Source: a virus (lineage: Duplodnaviria > Caudoviricetes). Taken from it: DNA of 59,509 bases. Shown one piece after another: positions 1-9,091 of the stretch. Positions within the stretch are counted from its first letter, which is position 1; each line of letters begins with the position of its first letter. A model generated the notes under the pieces. The model had not been told where the DNA came from and did no database searches. It was given only the letters and a program-made list of their open reading frames with translations. The stretch lies in IMG/VR virus record IMGVR_UViG_3300017781_000007, positions 1 through 59,509 of that record; one strand, 5' to 3'. Position numbers and translations under genes: made by a program.

Positions 1-198
1 AAATCTTTGTAATACATTTAATTTTTCTTCAGCTTGTGCAATTTTATCTATTTGTTTGTCTACTTCATCAATATGTTGCGGATGTTCACCAATTCCGACT
101 GATTTACTCAGGTATATAGTTATTGTTGCATGAGCTTCTGATACTTGAGCATTATACTTATCTTCTAATGCTTTTATTATTAGATTTCTAAACTCCAC
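1..198 (-). CDS. Small conserved phage protein, partial (runs off window start)
   Basis: Hand translation from GTG at 198: MEFRNLIIKALEDKYNAQ...SVGIGEHPQHIDEVDKQI...; overlaps the stop of the upstream gene; no stop before position 1. Confidence 0.65.
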   Translation of the reverse strand, partial: MEFRNLIIKALEDKYNAQVSEAHATITIYLSKSVGIGEHPQHIDEVDKQIDKIAQAEEKLNVLQRF

Positions 199-994
199 AA
201 AGGCCTTCGCATTCTTGATTGAAGAGATCTGGCCCGTCATCATTTTTAAATTTAACTTCGTCTAAAGGTACACACTGTCTATGTACAAAATTTTTTACTT
301 TAGGATTATGCATACGCATCTTTTTATCAAATTCTACAGCAGATGCAAATTCTTTCGGTCTGTTATTTCTCATATCTATCCAAAAGTTGTCATCATGAAA
401 AGGACAGCCAATACACGCAGACTTAACTGGTATTTTAAATCCTTTACCTTCATACCATTTTAAACAATCTGTTCTTGACATCTTCTTATCAATTAATGGC
501 CATACATTTTTTTGCCACCAAAATCTAGATGGTTTCATACGCATGATTTCATCAGTTGATATACCAACCCAAACTTCTATGTGTTCAGTTTTTGGAAATC
601 TCTGTCTTGGTTTAAGTCCACATAGTTCTCTAATCTTTTTTGCAATTGGAGTTATCTTGTATTCTCTCGTGCATTGTCTACGACCCATACCTTTTTTACC
701 TTGATCATTTAAAGTATAAAACGGTGCGGAAGCAAATTGGTTACCGCCTGGTGCGAGAGCCGTGAGGATGTCATCTTGAATATTACCTTTCTTAACAATG
801 TGTACAGGGTAACTTAGAACGCTTCTAAGGTACTCAAGGTGTTTTATTACTGGTTCAGGTTCCCAACCCGTATCAGCAAATACAGCTGCATCAGGTTTTA
901 CACCAAACTCTCCAGCATCTGCCATCAAGGCCATTGTAGAGCTCTGTACGCCCGCTCCAAGGCTAAGAATTCTTAGTCTAGGTTCTTTTTCCAT
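188..994 (-). CDS. PAPS reductase-like / PP-loop adenine-nucleotide alpha-hydrolase family protein
   Basis: LSLGAGVQSS PP-loop variant, FADTGWE, RQCTREYKI, KSACIGCPF, C-terminal CEGLCGV; GGAG RBS before ATG at 994 (start trimmed from 1039). Confidence 0.75.
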   Translation of the reverse strand: MEKEPRLRILSLGAGVQSSTMALMADAGEFGVKPDAAVFADTGWEPEPVIKHLEYLRSVLSYPVHIVKKGNIQDDILTALAPGGNQFASAPFYTLNDQGKKGMGRRQCTREYKITPIAKKIRELCGLKPRQRFPKTEHIEVWVGISTDEIMRMKPSRFWWQKNVWPLIDKKMSRTDCLKWYEGKGFKIPVKSACIGCPFHDDNFWIDMRNNRPKEFASAVEFDKKMRMHNPKVKNFVHRQCVPLDEVKFKNDDGPDLFNQECEGLCGV

Positions 995-1187
995 AACGTC
1001 TCCTTCCGAATAAAGTTCTCCAGCACCAGCTTCTGCCAATACTTATTACTGTAAATATAACAGCTATATGAAAACTCTCCCACACTGTTGGATACATACC
1101 AAAATATGGAAAGATCCAAAGCTGTATCAATGTTGATAGAATCAAACCGCTGCCAACATCTATACAAGTTTCAAATAAATTTCTCAT
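978..1187 (-). CDS. Small two-TM membrane protein
   Basis: 69 aa, two hydrophobic stretches, coupled to both neighbours. Confidence 0.6.
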   Translation of the reverse strand: MRNLFETCIDVGSGLILSTLIQLWIFPYFGMYPTVWESFHIAVIFTVISIGRSWCWRTLFGRRRYGKRT

Positions 1188-2185
1188 GCTAATACTTTCA
1201 TTATTGATCTTCCAATTTCTTCTGCGATTTTCGGGACGATAGCATTCCCCAATCCTCTAAGTCTGTGTGCCCTGCCGGGTACCCCATTAACCACTCTACC
1301 CACATTGGGTTCAGAGAGCCAATTTGCCTCCCGCAATGTCCAGCTACTACTTCCTCTAGATTTGATTTGTTCCTGTTCGCTAGTTTCTCCCGGTTGTTCT
1401 CTGTAATATTTGGAAATACTTTGTTCGCTCTTGGTGTTGGCCACATTAGATGCGGATTCGCTACTTGATCGTTCAAACTTATTGGCATTTTCTTTTTTAA
1501 TTTCATCTTCATTCTTTTCTCTGACGCTGGACCTCTCATGCAATTTGCGTCTGGTGTTCTCCATAATCTCATTGTCTCTGGATCTACCTGCTCTCTCAGG
1601 TTTGAAGGTCGTGTCCTCCCTTTCCTCTGTCCTGTCATTAATTTTATTGTCCCCTCTTTTGATCTCGGAGGTAAGTGATCCATTGTGTTTGGAGTAGCCC
1701 ACAACCCAGAATCGCTCTCTTTTGTGCGGAGCACCGACGCCTGCAGCTGGAATAATAAACGTTTGGATTTCGAAGCCTTCACTTTCCAAGTCAGAGCATA
1801 CTGTTTCGAATACCATGCCGTCTTGGATGTTAATAATACCTCTGACATTTTCTGCAATAACGAAGGTGGGTTGGACTTCTTTAATGACTCTAAACATTTC
1901 AGGCCAGAGATATCTATCGTCTGCTGTGCCTTTTTGTTTTCCTGCAACGCTGTATGGCTGGCACGGGAACCCACCTGTGAGTATATCAACTCTTCCATAG
2001 GTTTCTTTAATCTCTTTCCCTTTACACTCTTTAATGTCATTGTATATCTTAACCCCTTTCCAATGTTTTTGCAGCAACATTCTGCAGTAATCTTCTTTCT
2101 CACAGAAGGCTATTGTATTAAAGCCAACCTTTTCTAATCCAATACTGAACCCACCAATACCACTAAATAAATCAAGATGGTTCAT
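1184..2185 (-). CDS. dcm: DNA (cytosine-5)-methyltransferase, alpha-like chain
   Basis: Motif I DLFSGIGG, IV GGFPCQ, VI ENV, VIII PHKRER, X RLRGLGNAIVP; no motif IX in this frame. Confidence 0.92.
   Translation of the reverse strand: MNHLDLFSGIGGFSIGLEKVGFNTIAFCEKEDYCRMLLQKHWKGVKIYNDIKECKGKEIKETYGRVDILTGGFPCQPYSVAGKQKGTADDRYLWPEMFRVIKEVQPTFVIAENVRGIINIQDGMVFETVCSDLESEGFEIQTFIIPAAGVGAPHKRERFWVVGYSKHNGSLTSEIKRGDNKINDRTEEREDTTFKPERAGRSRDNEIMENTRRKLHERSSVREKNEDEIKKENANKFERSSSESASNVANTKSEQSISKYYREQPGETSEQEQIKSRGSSSWTLREANWLSEPNVGRVVNGVPGRAHRLRGLGNAIVPKIAEEIGRSIMKVLA
1201..2103 (-). CDS. Nested alternative-frame ORF, putative methyltransferase beta chain (motif IX plus WxTP repeats); true start uncertain
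   Basis: 300-codon open frame inside dcm; three W-x-T-P...L-x-[ED]-[QV]-V repeats; LNPMWVEWLMGYPAGHT resembles motif IX. Confidence 0.65.
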   Translation of the reverse strand: MRKKITAECCCKNIGKGLRYTMTLKSVKGKRLKKPMEELIYSQVGSRASHTALQENKKAQQTIDISGLKCLESLKKSNPPSLLQKMSEVLLTSKTAWYSKQYALTWKVKASKSKRLLFQLQASVLRTKESDSGLWATPNTMDHLPPRSKEGTIKLMTGQRKGRTRPSNLREQVDPETMRLWRTPDANCMRGPASEKRMKMKLKKKMPISLNDQVANPHLMWPTPRANKVFPNITENNREKLANRNKSNLEEVVAGHCGRQIGSLNPMWVEWLMGYPAGHTDLEDWGMLSSRKSQKKLEDQ

Positions 2186-3825
2186 TTGTTGCCCTGTACA
2201 TATACTAAATAATCTTCACCAATTGGATAATGATATTTATAATCTGTGCTTAATAAATGTAAACTATCTCTTGCTCTTGTTACTCCTGTATACCAAACTT
2301 TTTTTTCATTTGATTTTTCACCCTTATCTTTGTGTCTGTAACTTGATGGCCAATTTGCTTTTGAGTACAACAATACATGATTTGCCTCGTCACCTTTGAC
2401 AGAGTGTATTGTATCTATAATAACATTTGGAGGTTGATCTAGTTTAGTTTGTTTATATCTTTTAAGTAGTCGTAAAAAGTAAATCACTTGCCTTGGCTTA
2501 AAGTTTCTTCTTAAGATCCACCACCAAGCTTTCTTTTGTGCTTCATCAGGTAAATCTAAACCACACCATTCTTTCAAAGCTGTAAAATTATATCGTTTAT
2601 AGTCTGGTTCCCTTGACCAAAATTTACTTGTTCTATAATCTGAATCAGTAACTTCTCTTATGTATTTGAACATAGCTTCAGCTTCTTTCTTCATAATTTC
2701 TCTACCATTAGATATTGCAGTCCATGATTTTATAGCTAACCATTGGTTTTGATCAAATGACTTTTGTCCTTTGTTGTCAGAAAAATATATACCTGCATCT
2801 TTAGCTAGAGCTTTTAATTCGTTTACTGATGTGTGTATTCTTCCTAATAAAAACCATTTACCTTTTTCTTTTTCGAATGGTATCTCTTTGAAGCTTAAAT
2901 ATCTTTTTACCAATCCCTCTTTGACTAATGGTTCAAATGATTTATCTACACTATCAAGAATTCCTTTACGAACAATTTGTGAGAACTGATGTATTGCTTG
3001 TCCAAATCTTCTTGTTTTACGCAGCACAACCTTTCTTCCTGGAAAGTACTTTGTAAAGTATCGTGTGTCAGCGCCATTCCATTGATAGATTGCTTGGTCA
3101 TCATCACCTGCTAAATAAATTCTTTTTACTTTGTCAGACATTTTATAAATCAAAGACCATTGCAACGGAGTAAAATCTTGTGCTTCATCAAGAATCAAAA
3201 CATCAAGCTCTGGAAATTCTACTTCATGCAAAGCTCTTTCAATCATGTCTGTAAAATCTAAAAAAGATCTTTCTCCTCCTGCAGTTTTGTAATGTTCATA
3301 TGTGCTTATCTTTCTGGTATAAACATCTAAGCTGTCTTTCTTTTGTGATTCTCTTTTGTAGACAAGAACAGGATCTTCTAATAAGTTTCTAGCCTTATCG
3401 TATATACCCAATGACCAGTCAGAATAAGTAAAGTTATCTTGTGATAATCTGTTGTCTGATCTCTTAACAAAGTTATTTGTCAGAGCATAGTCAATCATAC
3501 AATCTTTAGTATCAAATATTTCTTCTTCAAAATATCGTCTGCAATAAGAGTGTAGTGTTCTAAATCTTGAGAATGATTTATTATCTAAATGTGGAAAAGC
3601 ATCTAATGCTCTAAGCTTTGCAGTATCAACGGCTTTGTTTGTAAATGATACGAAGGCTATCTTCTCTGGGTCAACACCTTTTTTTAAATATTTTTTGACA
3701 ACCTTTTCAATTAATGTCCAAGTCTTACCTGTACCAGGTGGACCAAAGATTTTAATTGTTTTGTGGTGTATCTGTTTTTGTTTCTGGAGTCCTAAATTTG
3801 TTGTGGTACTCATCATCCATCTCAC
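2182..3825 (-). CDS. UvrD/Rep-family SF1 DNA helicase
   Basis: GPPGTGKT, DEAQD, GDDDQAIY, TIHSVKGDE, YTGVTRAR. Confidence 0.93.
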   Translation of the reverse strand: MRWMMSTTTNLGLQKQKQIHHKTIKIFGPPGTGKTWTLIEKVVKKYLKKGVDPEKIAFVSFTNKAVDTAKLRALDAFPHLDNKSFSRFRTLHSYCRRYFEEEIFDTKDCMIDYALTNNFVKRSDNRLSQDNFTYSDWSLGIYDKARNLLEDPVLVYKRESQKKDSLDVYTRKISTYEHYKTAGGERSFLDFTDMIERALHEVEFPELDVLILDEAQDFTPLQWSLIYKMSDKVKRIYLAGDDDQAIYQWNGADTRYFTKYFPGRKVVLRKTRRFGQAIHQFSQIVRKGILDSVDKSFEPLVKEGLVKRYLSFKEIPFEKEKGKWFLLGRIHTSVNELKALAKDAGIYFSDNKGQKSFDQNQWLAIKSWTAISNGREIMKKEAEAMFKYIREVTDSDYRTSKFWSREPDYKRYNFTALKEWCGLDLPDEAQKKAWWWILRRNFKPRQVIYFLRLLKRYKQTKLDQPPNVIIDTIHSVKGDEANHVLLYSKANWPSSYRHKDKGEKSNEKKVWYTGVTRARDSLHLLSTDYKYHYPIGEDYLVYVQGNK

Positions 3826-5344
3826 TAAGTTCGTTAGTTTGTTGTTTTGGTTTTATCTTTTGGTGATTAACAAACTCAGGCATAGTTACATACCATACAT
3901 TTCTTTCACCTTCAAAGAAATCATGTTTCTCGCAATCCAAAAGCCTAACAGCTTGGTTTACGCTCTTAAATGGTGTCTTTCTTTTCTCTAAAAAATCATG
4001 CAAGGTATTACGTTTAAAGTAACAAATATTGTCTTTACTATCTAACACAGTGTAACCATCTTTGAGTTTGGTAAAATCGTCTTGCTCAATGGTGCTTTCA
4101 AAAAATATTTTAAGTGTATTGTATTTCTCTTCTTCTTTGGTATCTTCATATTTAAATGCGGTATTCTCTGTGGCAGATTCTAATAAGTGTTTCATCAGCA
4201 GCTCAAACGGACTTGGTCCTTTTTTTGGTCTTGGTAATGTTAACCAAAATATTCTGTATTTAGCTAGACAGACTCTCCAAGATTTTTCGTCTTTTGTATC
4301 TTCTGGTTTAAATGTAATGTGTCTATCTCTAAAGTCACATTCATAAATAATACCCTTTGAATCCTCAGTGTAAATTAAATTACCAAATTCATTTTTAATG
4401 TCTGGTGCCTGTACTCCAATACCTAACTTTCTAAGTTTACAAGTTTCCTTATCACATATTGAAGCTACAAAGTTATGCTTTGGTGGACAGAAATATTCGT
4501 AACCTTTATTGTGTACAGACTGAGCAGTGCCATCACTTTCATTTCTTTTTAATGGTCCCTTAGGATGTGTTGCAAAGATTGTCTTCTGTCTTTCCCAAGC
4601 AACGTCTTTCAGTTGTTTAACAGTTAGGTTACCTTCAGCTTTTTTCATTTCAGTAACACAAACATTGAATAGCATATTGTTTCTGTCTCCCGTCCATCCC
4701 TCTTGAATTACTTTCTGTACACAAGGTGGATAGTCTCTCCAATCTGTTTCTGCGTTGTATTCTGTAACTTTATATTTGTAGAATTCTTCTGGCTTTAGTG
4801 TTTTTTCTTTTGCTAATTGCAAAAAACCACCTAGCATCAATGGTGTATTAGTATCATCAAATGCATACTCAACTGCAGCATTGGCATTGAAGTATGGCAT
4901 ACCAACACCTTTGTTTAATGGAAATACTTCTTTTGATAAAAAATATTCTTTGTTAATCTCTTCTAACTTATCTTTTACTTTTTGTTTGTCAGCCCAATCG
5001 CTGAAGAAAATAAATAAATGTAATCCACCTGACTTTGATTTAACAGGTACAAGTGGTAATTCGAAATCTCTTATTATGTCTACGTATTTTTTAGATGTGT
5101 ATTCTTTGTAATTTGCTGGATCGATATCTATGCATGACCATTTTAACTTATCACCATTCTCTGGTCTGATACCTATTTGTGCTTTACCTTCAACATGTCC
5201 CTTCCACAGTTCCTCTGTGACTGGTTCGTGTATCGTGGAGTATGAAGCTTTTCTCTTGCCCCTCTCATCCATCTCTCCCGTCAGAGAGATGGACAAGTAT
5301 TGGGAAGAGTCTCCTTCAAATAATTGAAGTAGCTCTTTTTGCAT
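3752..5344 (-). CDS. AEP-type primase / primase-polymerase with PriCT-like region
   Basis: CIDID acidic motif, KSKSGGLHLFI His motif, PPC...RNNMLFN; lies in the replication module. Confidence 0.7.
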   Translation of the reverse strand: MQKELLQLFEGDSSQYLSISLTGEMDERGKRKASYSTIHEPVTEELWKGHVEGKAQIGIRPENGDKLKWSCIDIDPANYKEYTSKKYVDIIRDFELPLVPVKSKSGGLHLFIFFSDWADKQKVKDKLEEINKEYFLSKEVFPLNKGVGMPYFNANAAVEYAFDDTNTPLMLGGFLQLAKEKTLKPEEFYKYKVTEYNAETDWRDYPPCVQKVIQEGWTGDRNNMLFNVCVTEMKKAEGNLTVKQLKDVAWERQKTIFATHPKGPLKRNESDGTAQSVHNKGYEYFCPPKHNFVASICDKETCKLRKLGIGVQAPDIKNEFGNLIYTEDSKGIIYECDFRDRHITFKPEDTKDEKSWRVCLAKYRIFWLTLPRPKKGPSPFELLMKHLLESATENTAFKYEDTKEEEKYNTLKIFFESTIEQDDFTKLKDGYTVLDSKDNICYFKRNTLHDFLEKRKTPFKSVNQAVRLLDCEKHDFFEGERNVWYVTMPEFVNHQKIKPKQQTNELSEMDDEYHNKFRTPETKTDTPQNN

Positions 5345-6168
5345 TAGAACGGTGTACTTTGATCTTGAACCTGCTTAGCATCAGCAGATCCTTCCTTACC
5401 GAAGTCAACCTTACCAAAGATGTCGCTTTTCTTAGCGGACTCATAAAACGCCTTTGTCGACTCTAATGTACTCGACAAACTTGGATCATCTAGATATCTA
5501 TCGAATTCGACGACCCAACCGTACCAAGAGTTCTGTGAGTTACTTTCTTTAGTGGTCTTTAGTCTATAGGCTGTAGCCCAAGACGGTGGTGTAAAGAAAC
5601 CTTTCTTACCTTTCATTCTACGACTCTGCATCATAGAATTCCAAGTCTTACTCTTTTTCTTCTGAGTAGATTTCATAGAGATTAGCGCAGTCTCAACTGG
5701 TGCATAATCTTTATCTAAGACATAAACAAAATGGTTACCTGTATCTTCTACATAGTTTCCATTCTCTAGTCTGTCTTTACCATCATCACCTCTACTTGTT
5801 GTAGACATGATTGCTGGATCCATATGGATACCAACTGGTCTTCCAGGACTATCGCCTCTGTCTTTCCACTCATTAAACGTGTTTATATATAAACATGGTA
5901 CAACGATTAATCCTTCTTTACCTTTAAAAAGATTTCCAGACGTTTCGTTGTAAATGTCTCCTTGTTTAGCAGACTCAATATACTTGCCGTCTGAGTCGTC
6001 AAGTACAGCTGAATTGCTATAAAGGATTTTTAAGATAGGGAGTTTAGTATCCCTTGCAGTTACGAACTCTTGTCCTTGTCCTGCTAACTCTTCCAAATTA
6101 AATTGCGTTGGAACACCCGCTTCTTTTTTAACAGCTACATTATTAGCTGCATCTTTTGCTTGTTGCAT
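5344..6168 (-). CDS. Putative ssDNA-binding protein
   Basis: Position in the replication module, aromatic beta-rich core, C-terminus ending in PF. Confidence 0.5.
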   Translation of the reverse strand: MQQAKDAANNVAVKKEAGVPTQFNLEELAGQGQEFVTARDTKLPILKILYSNSAVLDDSDGKYIESAKQGDIYNETSGNLFKGKEGLIVVPCLYINTFNEWKDRGDSPGRPVGIHMDPAIMSTTSRGDDGKDRLENGNYVEDTGNHFVYVLDKDYAPVETALISMKSTQKKKSKTWNSMMQSRRMKGKKGFFTPPSWATAYRLKTTKESNSQNSWYGWVVEFDRYLDDPSLSSTLESTKAFYESAKKSDIFGKVDFGKEGSADAKQVQDQSTPF

Positions 6169-6169
6169 G

Positions 6170-6715
6170 TTACTCCTTCGTTGTTAACTTTGTGCGTGTT
6201 GCTACATAAACACCGAATAAATCGGCAGGAACGTCTTTCCCCTTTTCTATTTGCTCTCTTACGAAAGCTTTAAGAGTCATCGGTTCTACCTTTTCGGCTT
6301 GCTTAACATTATGCCCTTTATTTCGTAAATCGTCAACTAGAGATTTCGCCATGTTGTCTTCATTACGACCAAAGGTTAATGTTACATTGTTTTTAATTAG
6401 ATCCGCATAATTATTTTCACGGAGCCAATCAAAAGCTTCTTCCGTTCGAGAGGCAGGTATTCTCGCACCATAATATGGTTTGATTTCTACTGCTGTACCG
6501 TCGGTTAGTTTGATAGAAGCTGCACCAGCTTTCTGCATTAAGTTTGGTATGTCTTGTTCAGAAAGTTTCAGCTCTTGTTCTTTTTTCTTTTTTAATTGAT
6601 CTTCTAACGCTGATACTTCTTTCTGAATGTCCAATAACTTATTACAGGCAGTGGCAATATCTTCCATCGCTGTTGTGTCGAGAGTAATATTCTTCGACAT
6701 TTGTTCTAAGTCCAT
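6170..6715 (-). CDS. Conserved phage replication-module protein
   Basis: 181 aa, N-terminal coiled coil, AFDWLRENNYADLIKN and VEPMTLKAFVRE; GGAGG RBS. Confidence 0.6.
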   Translation of the reverse strand: MDLEQMSKNITLDTTAMEDIATACNKLLDIQKEVSALEDQLKKKKEQELKLSEQDIPNLMQKAGAASIKLTDGTAVEIKPYYGARIPASRTEEAFDWLRENNYADLIKNNVTLTFGRNEDNMAKSLVDDLRNKGHNVKQAEKVEPMTLKAFVREQIEKGKDVPADLFGVYVATRTKLTTKE

Positions 6716-6748
6716 AGTGACCTCCTTGATGCCATGTAATCTAATAAT

Positions 6749-6783
6749 TTGACATCGTCAAGAAAAAAATATATTGATGGGAT
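6749..6783 (+). promoter_or_regulatory. Divergent promoter region with TTGAC-atc-GTCAA palindrome and TATATTgATGGGAT motif
   Basis: TTGACA at 6749 and TATATT at 6770 (15-nt spacer, short); TTGACG on the minus strand; lies between divergent genes. Confidence 0.55.
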
Positions 6784-6786
6784 TAA

Positions 6787-8199
6787 ATGAAATTTCAATA
6801 TAAAACACAACCTTTCCAACATCAAAGGGATGCATTGATAGCAGGAGCTAAACATCGTGATTATGCATATTTTATGGAAATGGGTACAGGTAAAACAAAA
6901 GTTGCAATTGATAACGCAAATTATTTTTTTAGAAATTCTTGGATAGATTGGGCAATAGTAATTGCACCTAATTCAGTATATCGTAATTGGATAAAAGAAA
7001 TTCAAACACACAGTCATGGAGCTGTCATACACGTACACAAAGACAAAGAAGTATATGGTGATAAACGTCATCCTGAAAGACATTTAAAATGGTTTTTAAT
7101 AAACGTAGAAGCACTATCCCATAAGTCTGGTGTAGAAAAACTAAGAGATATACTTTCTAGAAAGAATGTTAATCATCTGATGATTCTAGACGAATCCACC
7201 ACGATAAAAAACAGATCAGCAAAACGAACACGAAACATTTGTAAACTAGGGAAACTAGCAAACTACCGAAGAATCCTAACAGGATCACCAATAACAAAAT
7301 CTCCATTGGATCTATATACACAATGTGAATTCTTAAGTCCACAGCTTTTAGGTTTCGATTCATATTTTACTTTTAGAGCTAGATACGCAGTAATGCAGCA
7401 GATTGAAATGGGTGGCAAACAAATGCTTTTCCCTAAATATTATACTAATCTTGAGGAACTAACAGATAAACTTAGACACTTTTCATTCAGAGTACAGAAG
7501 AAAGATTGCCTAGATCTCCCCGATAAACTCTACACAATAAGAAAAATACAGCTTACGCTTAAACAAGCAGAGGTATACAACAGATTAAAGAAGTTTGCAT
7601 ATGCAGTAATCAATGATGATGAGGTAAGCTTTCAAAATAAACTTACAGAGATATTAAGACTGCACCAGGTAGCAAACGGGTTTGTTAATGCTGACGATGG
7701 TTCTGTACAGGTATTTGATGATTGTCCTAAGATCAAAGAATTAATGACCATATTGGATGAGTCCGAGGGTAAGTTTATAATATGGGCTAATTATGTACAA
7801 AATATAAAAACTATTATTAACAAATTGAAGGAGAAGTACGGTGCTGACTCTGTGGTTTCGATTTTTGGAGAAGTTTCAACTAAAGATAGGCAACAAGCTG
7901 TCGCCCGTTTTCAGGATGATGATAGCTGCCGTTTTTTTGTTGGTAATCCTTCCACTGGTGGTTATGGCCTCACCCTTACATCTGCTTCTTACGTGGTGTA
8001 TTTCAGCAATTCGTATAACCTGGAAGTACGTGAACAAAGTGAAGATAGAGCTCATAGGATCGGGCAAGACAAGAATGTAACTTACATAGATCTTATAGCT
8101 GATAATACTATCGATGAATTTATTGTTGGTGCTTTAGATAAGAAGATGAAACTATCAGCTCAAACTCTTGGTGAAGAAGTTAAGAAGTGGATAAAGTAG
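6787..8199 (+). CDS. SNF2-family (SF2) helicase
   Basis: MEMGTGKT, LDES, LTGSP, GYGLTL, QSEDRAHRIGQ. Confidence 0.92.
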   Translation: MKFQYKTQPFQHQRDALIAGAKHRDYAYFMEMGTGKTKVAIDNANYFFRNSWIDWAIVIAPNSVYRNWIKEIQTHSHGAVIHVHKDKEVYGDKRHPERHLKWFLINVEALSHKSGVEKLRDILSRKNVNHLMILDESTTIKNRSAKRTRNICKLGKLANYRRILTGSPITKSPLDLYTQCEFLSPQLLGFDSYFTFRARYAVMQQIEMGGKQMLFPKYYTNLEELTDKLRHFSFRVQKKDCLDLPDKLYTIRKIQLTLKQAEVYNRLKKFAYAVINDDEVSFQNKLTEILRLHQVANGFVNADDGSVQVFDDCPKIKELMTILDESEGKFIIWANYVQNIKTIINKLKEKYGADSVVSIFGEVSTKDRQQAVARFQDDDSCRFFVGNPSTGGYGLTLTSASYVVYFSNSYNLEVREQSEDRAHRIGQDKNVTYIDLIADNTIDEFIVGALDKKMKLSAQTLGEEVKKWIK

Positions 8200-8902
8200 A
8201 ATAGTATTGTTCTACCTTTTTAAACCATTTATCTTCATACTCAGATAACTTTGCTTGATCCATTTTAAAACCTTGAAACAATAAATCCTTAGTGCATACC
8301 GCTATAAATCCTTGCAAGATCTCGCCATGTTGTTTCTTATGTGCTAAACTATATGCTGCAATTTGATAGAAATAGTCCTCTATCCACTCTTCTCTCTTAG
8401 GTTTATTTGATTGTTTGAAGTCAATTATTGTAGGTTTATCATCAAAGATACCTACTAAATCTGTAGATCCTGCCCATTTATCCTCGTATGCTAGGTTTAC
8501 CTCGCTCCCATATATGGTCTTTAAAGGCCCTAAGCCGTCCTCTATGACATGATGAGCCATTAACCTGGCCTGAGCACCCTCTTTGGACAAATTGAAGTAT
8601 CCTACGCCGTTTATGTAATTTTCTAGTACATAGTGCATTTCTGTGCCTCTAGTGGCTGCCTGATTCATGATTCGTTGAGCTTCTTGATGACCAACTCTTT
8701 CTCTCCATGCATCGAGTCCTGCTTTCTTTTCTGGGCTTTGTGTTGCTGAAAGTATTGTTGTAACTGATGGAACTTTCTTTTCGCCTACTTTGTAGGTTCT
8801 TGGTCCGTTATCATCGTCTCGAAAGTAATTGCTATAAGAGTATTTATTATCCCACTTATAATCTGTAATCGTAAACTTATTCTCTTCTCGGATTATCTTC
8901 AT
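8180..8902 (-). CDS. PD-(D/E)xK exonuclease
   Basis: PSVTTIL, RGTEMH, GSTD...IIDFK, QIAAY. Confidence 0.85.
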   Translation of the reverse strand: MKIIREENKFTITDYKWDNKYSYSNYFRDDDNGPRTYKVGEKKVPSVTTILSATQSPEKKAGLDAWRERVGHQEAQRIMNQAATRGTEMHYVLENYINGVGYFNLSKEGAQARLMAHHVIEDGLGPLKTIYGSEVNLAYEDKWAGSTDLVGIFDDKPTIIDFKQSNKPKREEWIEDYFYQIAAYSLAHKKQHGEILQGFIAVCTKDLLFQGFKMDQAKLSEYEDKWFKKVEQYYSTLSTS

Positions 8903-8914
8903 CCGAGATCTATA

Positions 8915-9091
8915 CTACATATGATTTGAAAGTACAGCTAAAAGAATTGCACCTAATCCGCCTACAATAAACTTTTCCATTCTAGCGATTCGTGCTTCCA
9001 TTCTGTCTATTCTATCAAATGTTTGTTTTTGCATGTATCTGCAAATTTTTTCATGATGTTCTATCTTTTGTAATGCTGATTTTTTAGCCAT
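8915..9091 (-). CDS. Small coiled-coil protein with C-terminal TM helix (58 aa)
   Basis: Hand translation MAKKSALQKIEHHEKIC...FIVGGLGAILLAVLSNHM; start overlaps the upstream stop. Confidence 0.6.
   Translation of the reverse strand: MAKKSALQKIEHHEKICRYMQKQTFDRIDRMEARIARMEKFIVGGLGAILLAVLSNHM

Noticed and set aside
1685-2137. Plus-strand ORFs antisense to dcm (and many other antisense ORFs of 60-150 aa)
   Set aside because: Shadow frames of real minus-strand genes with no RBS or motifs
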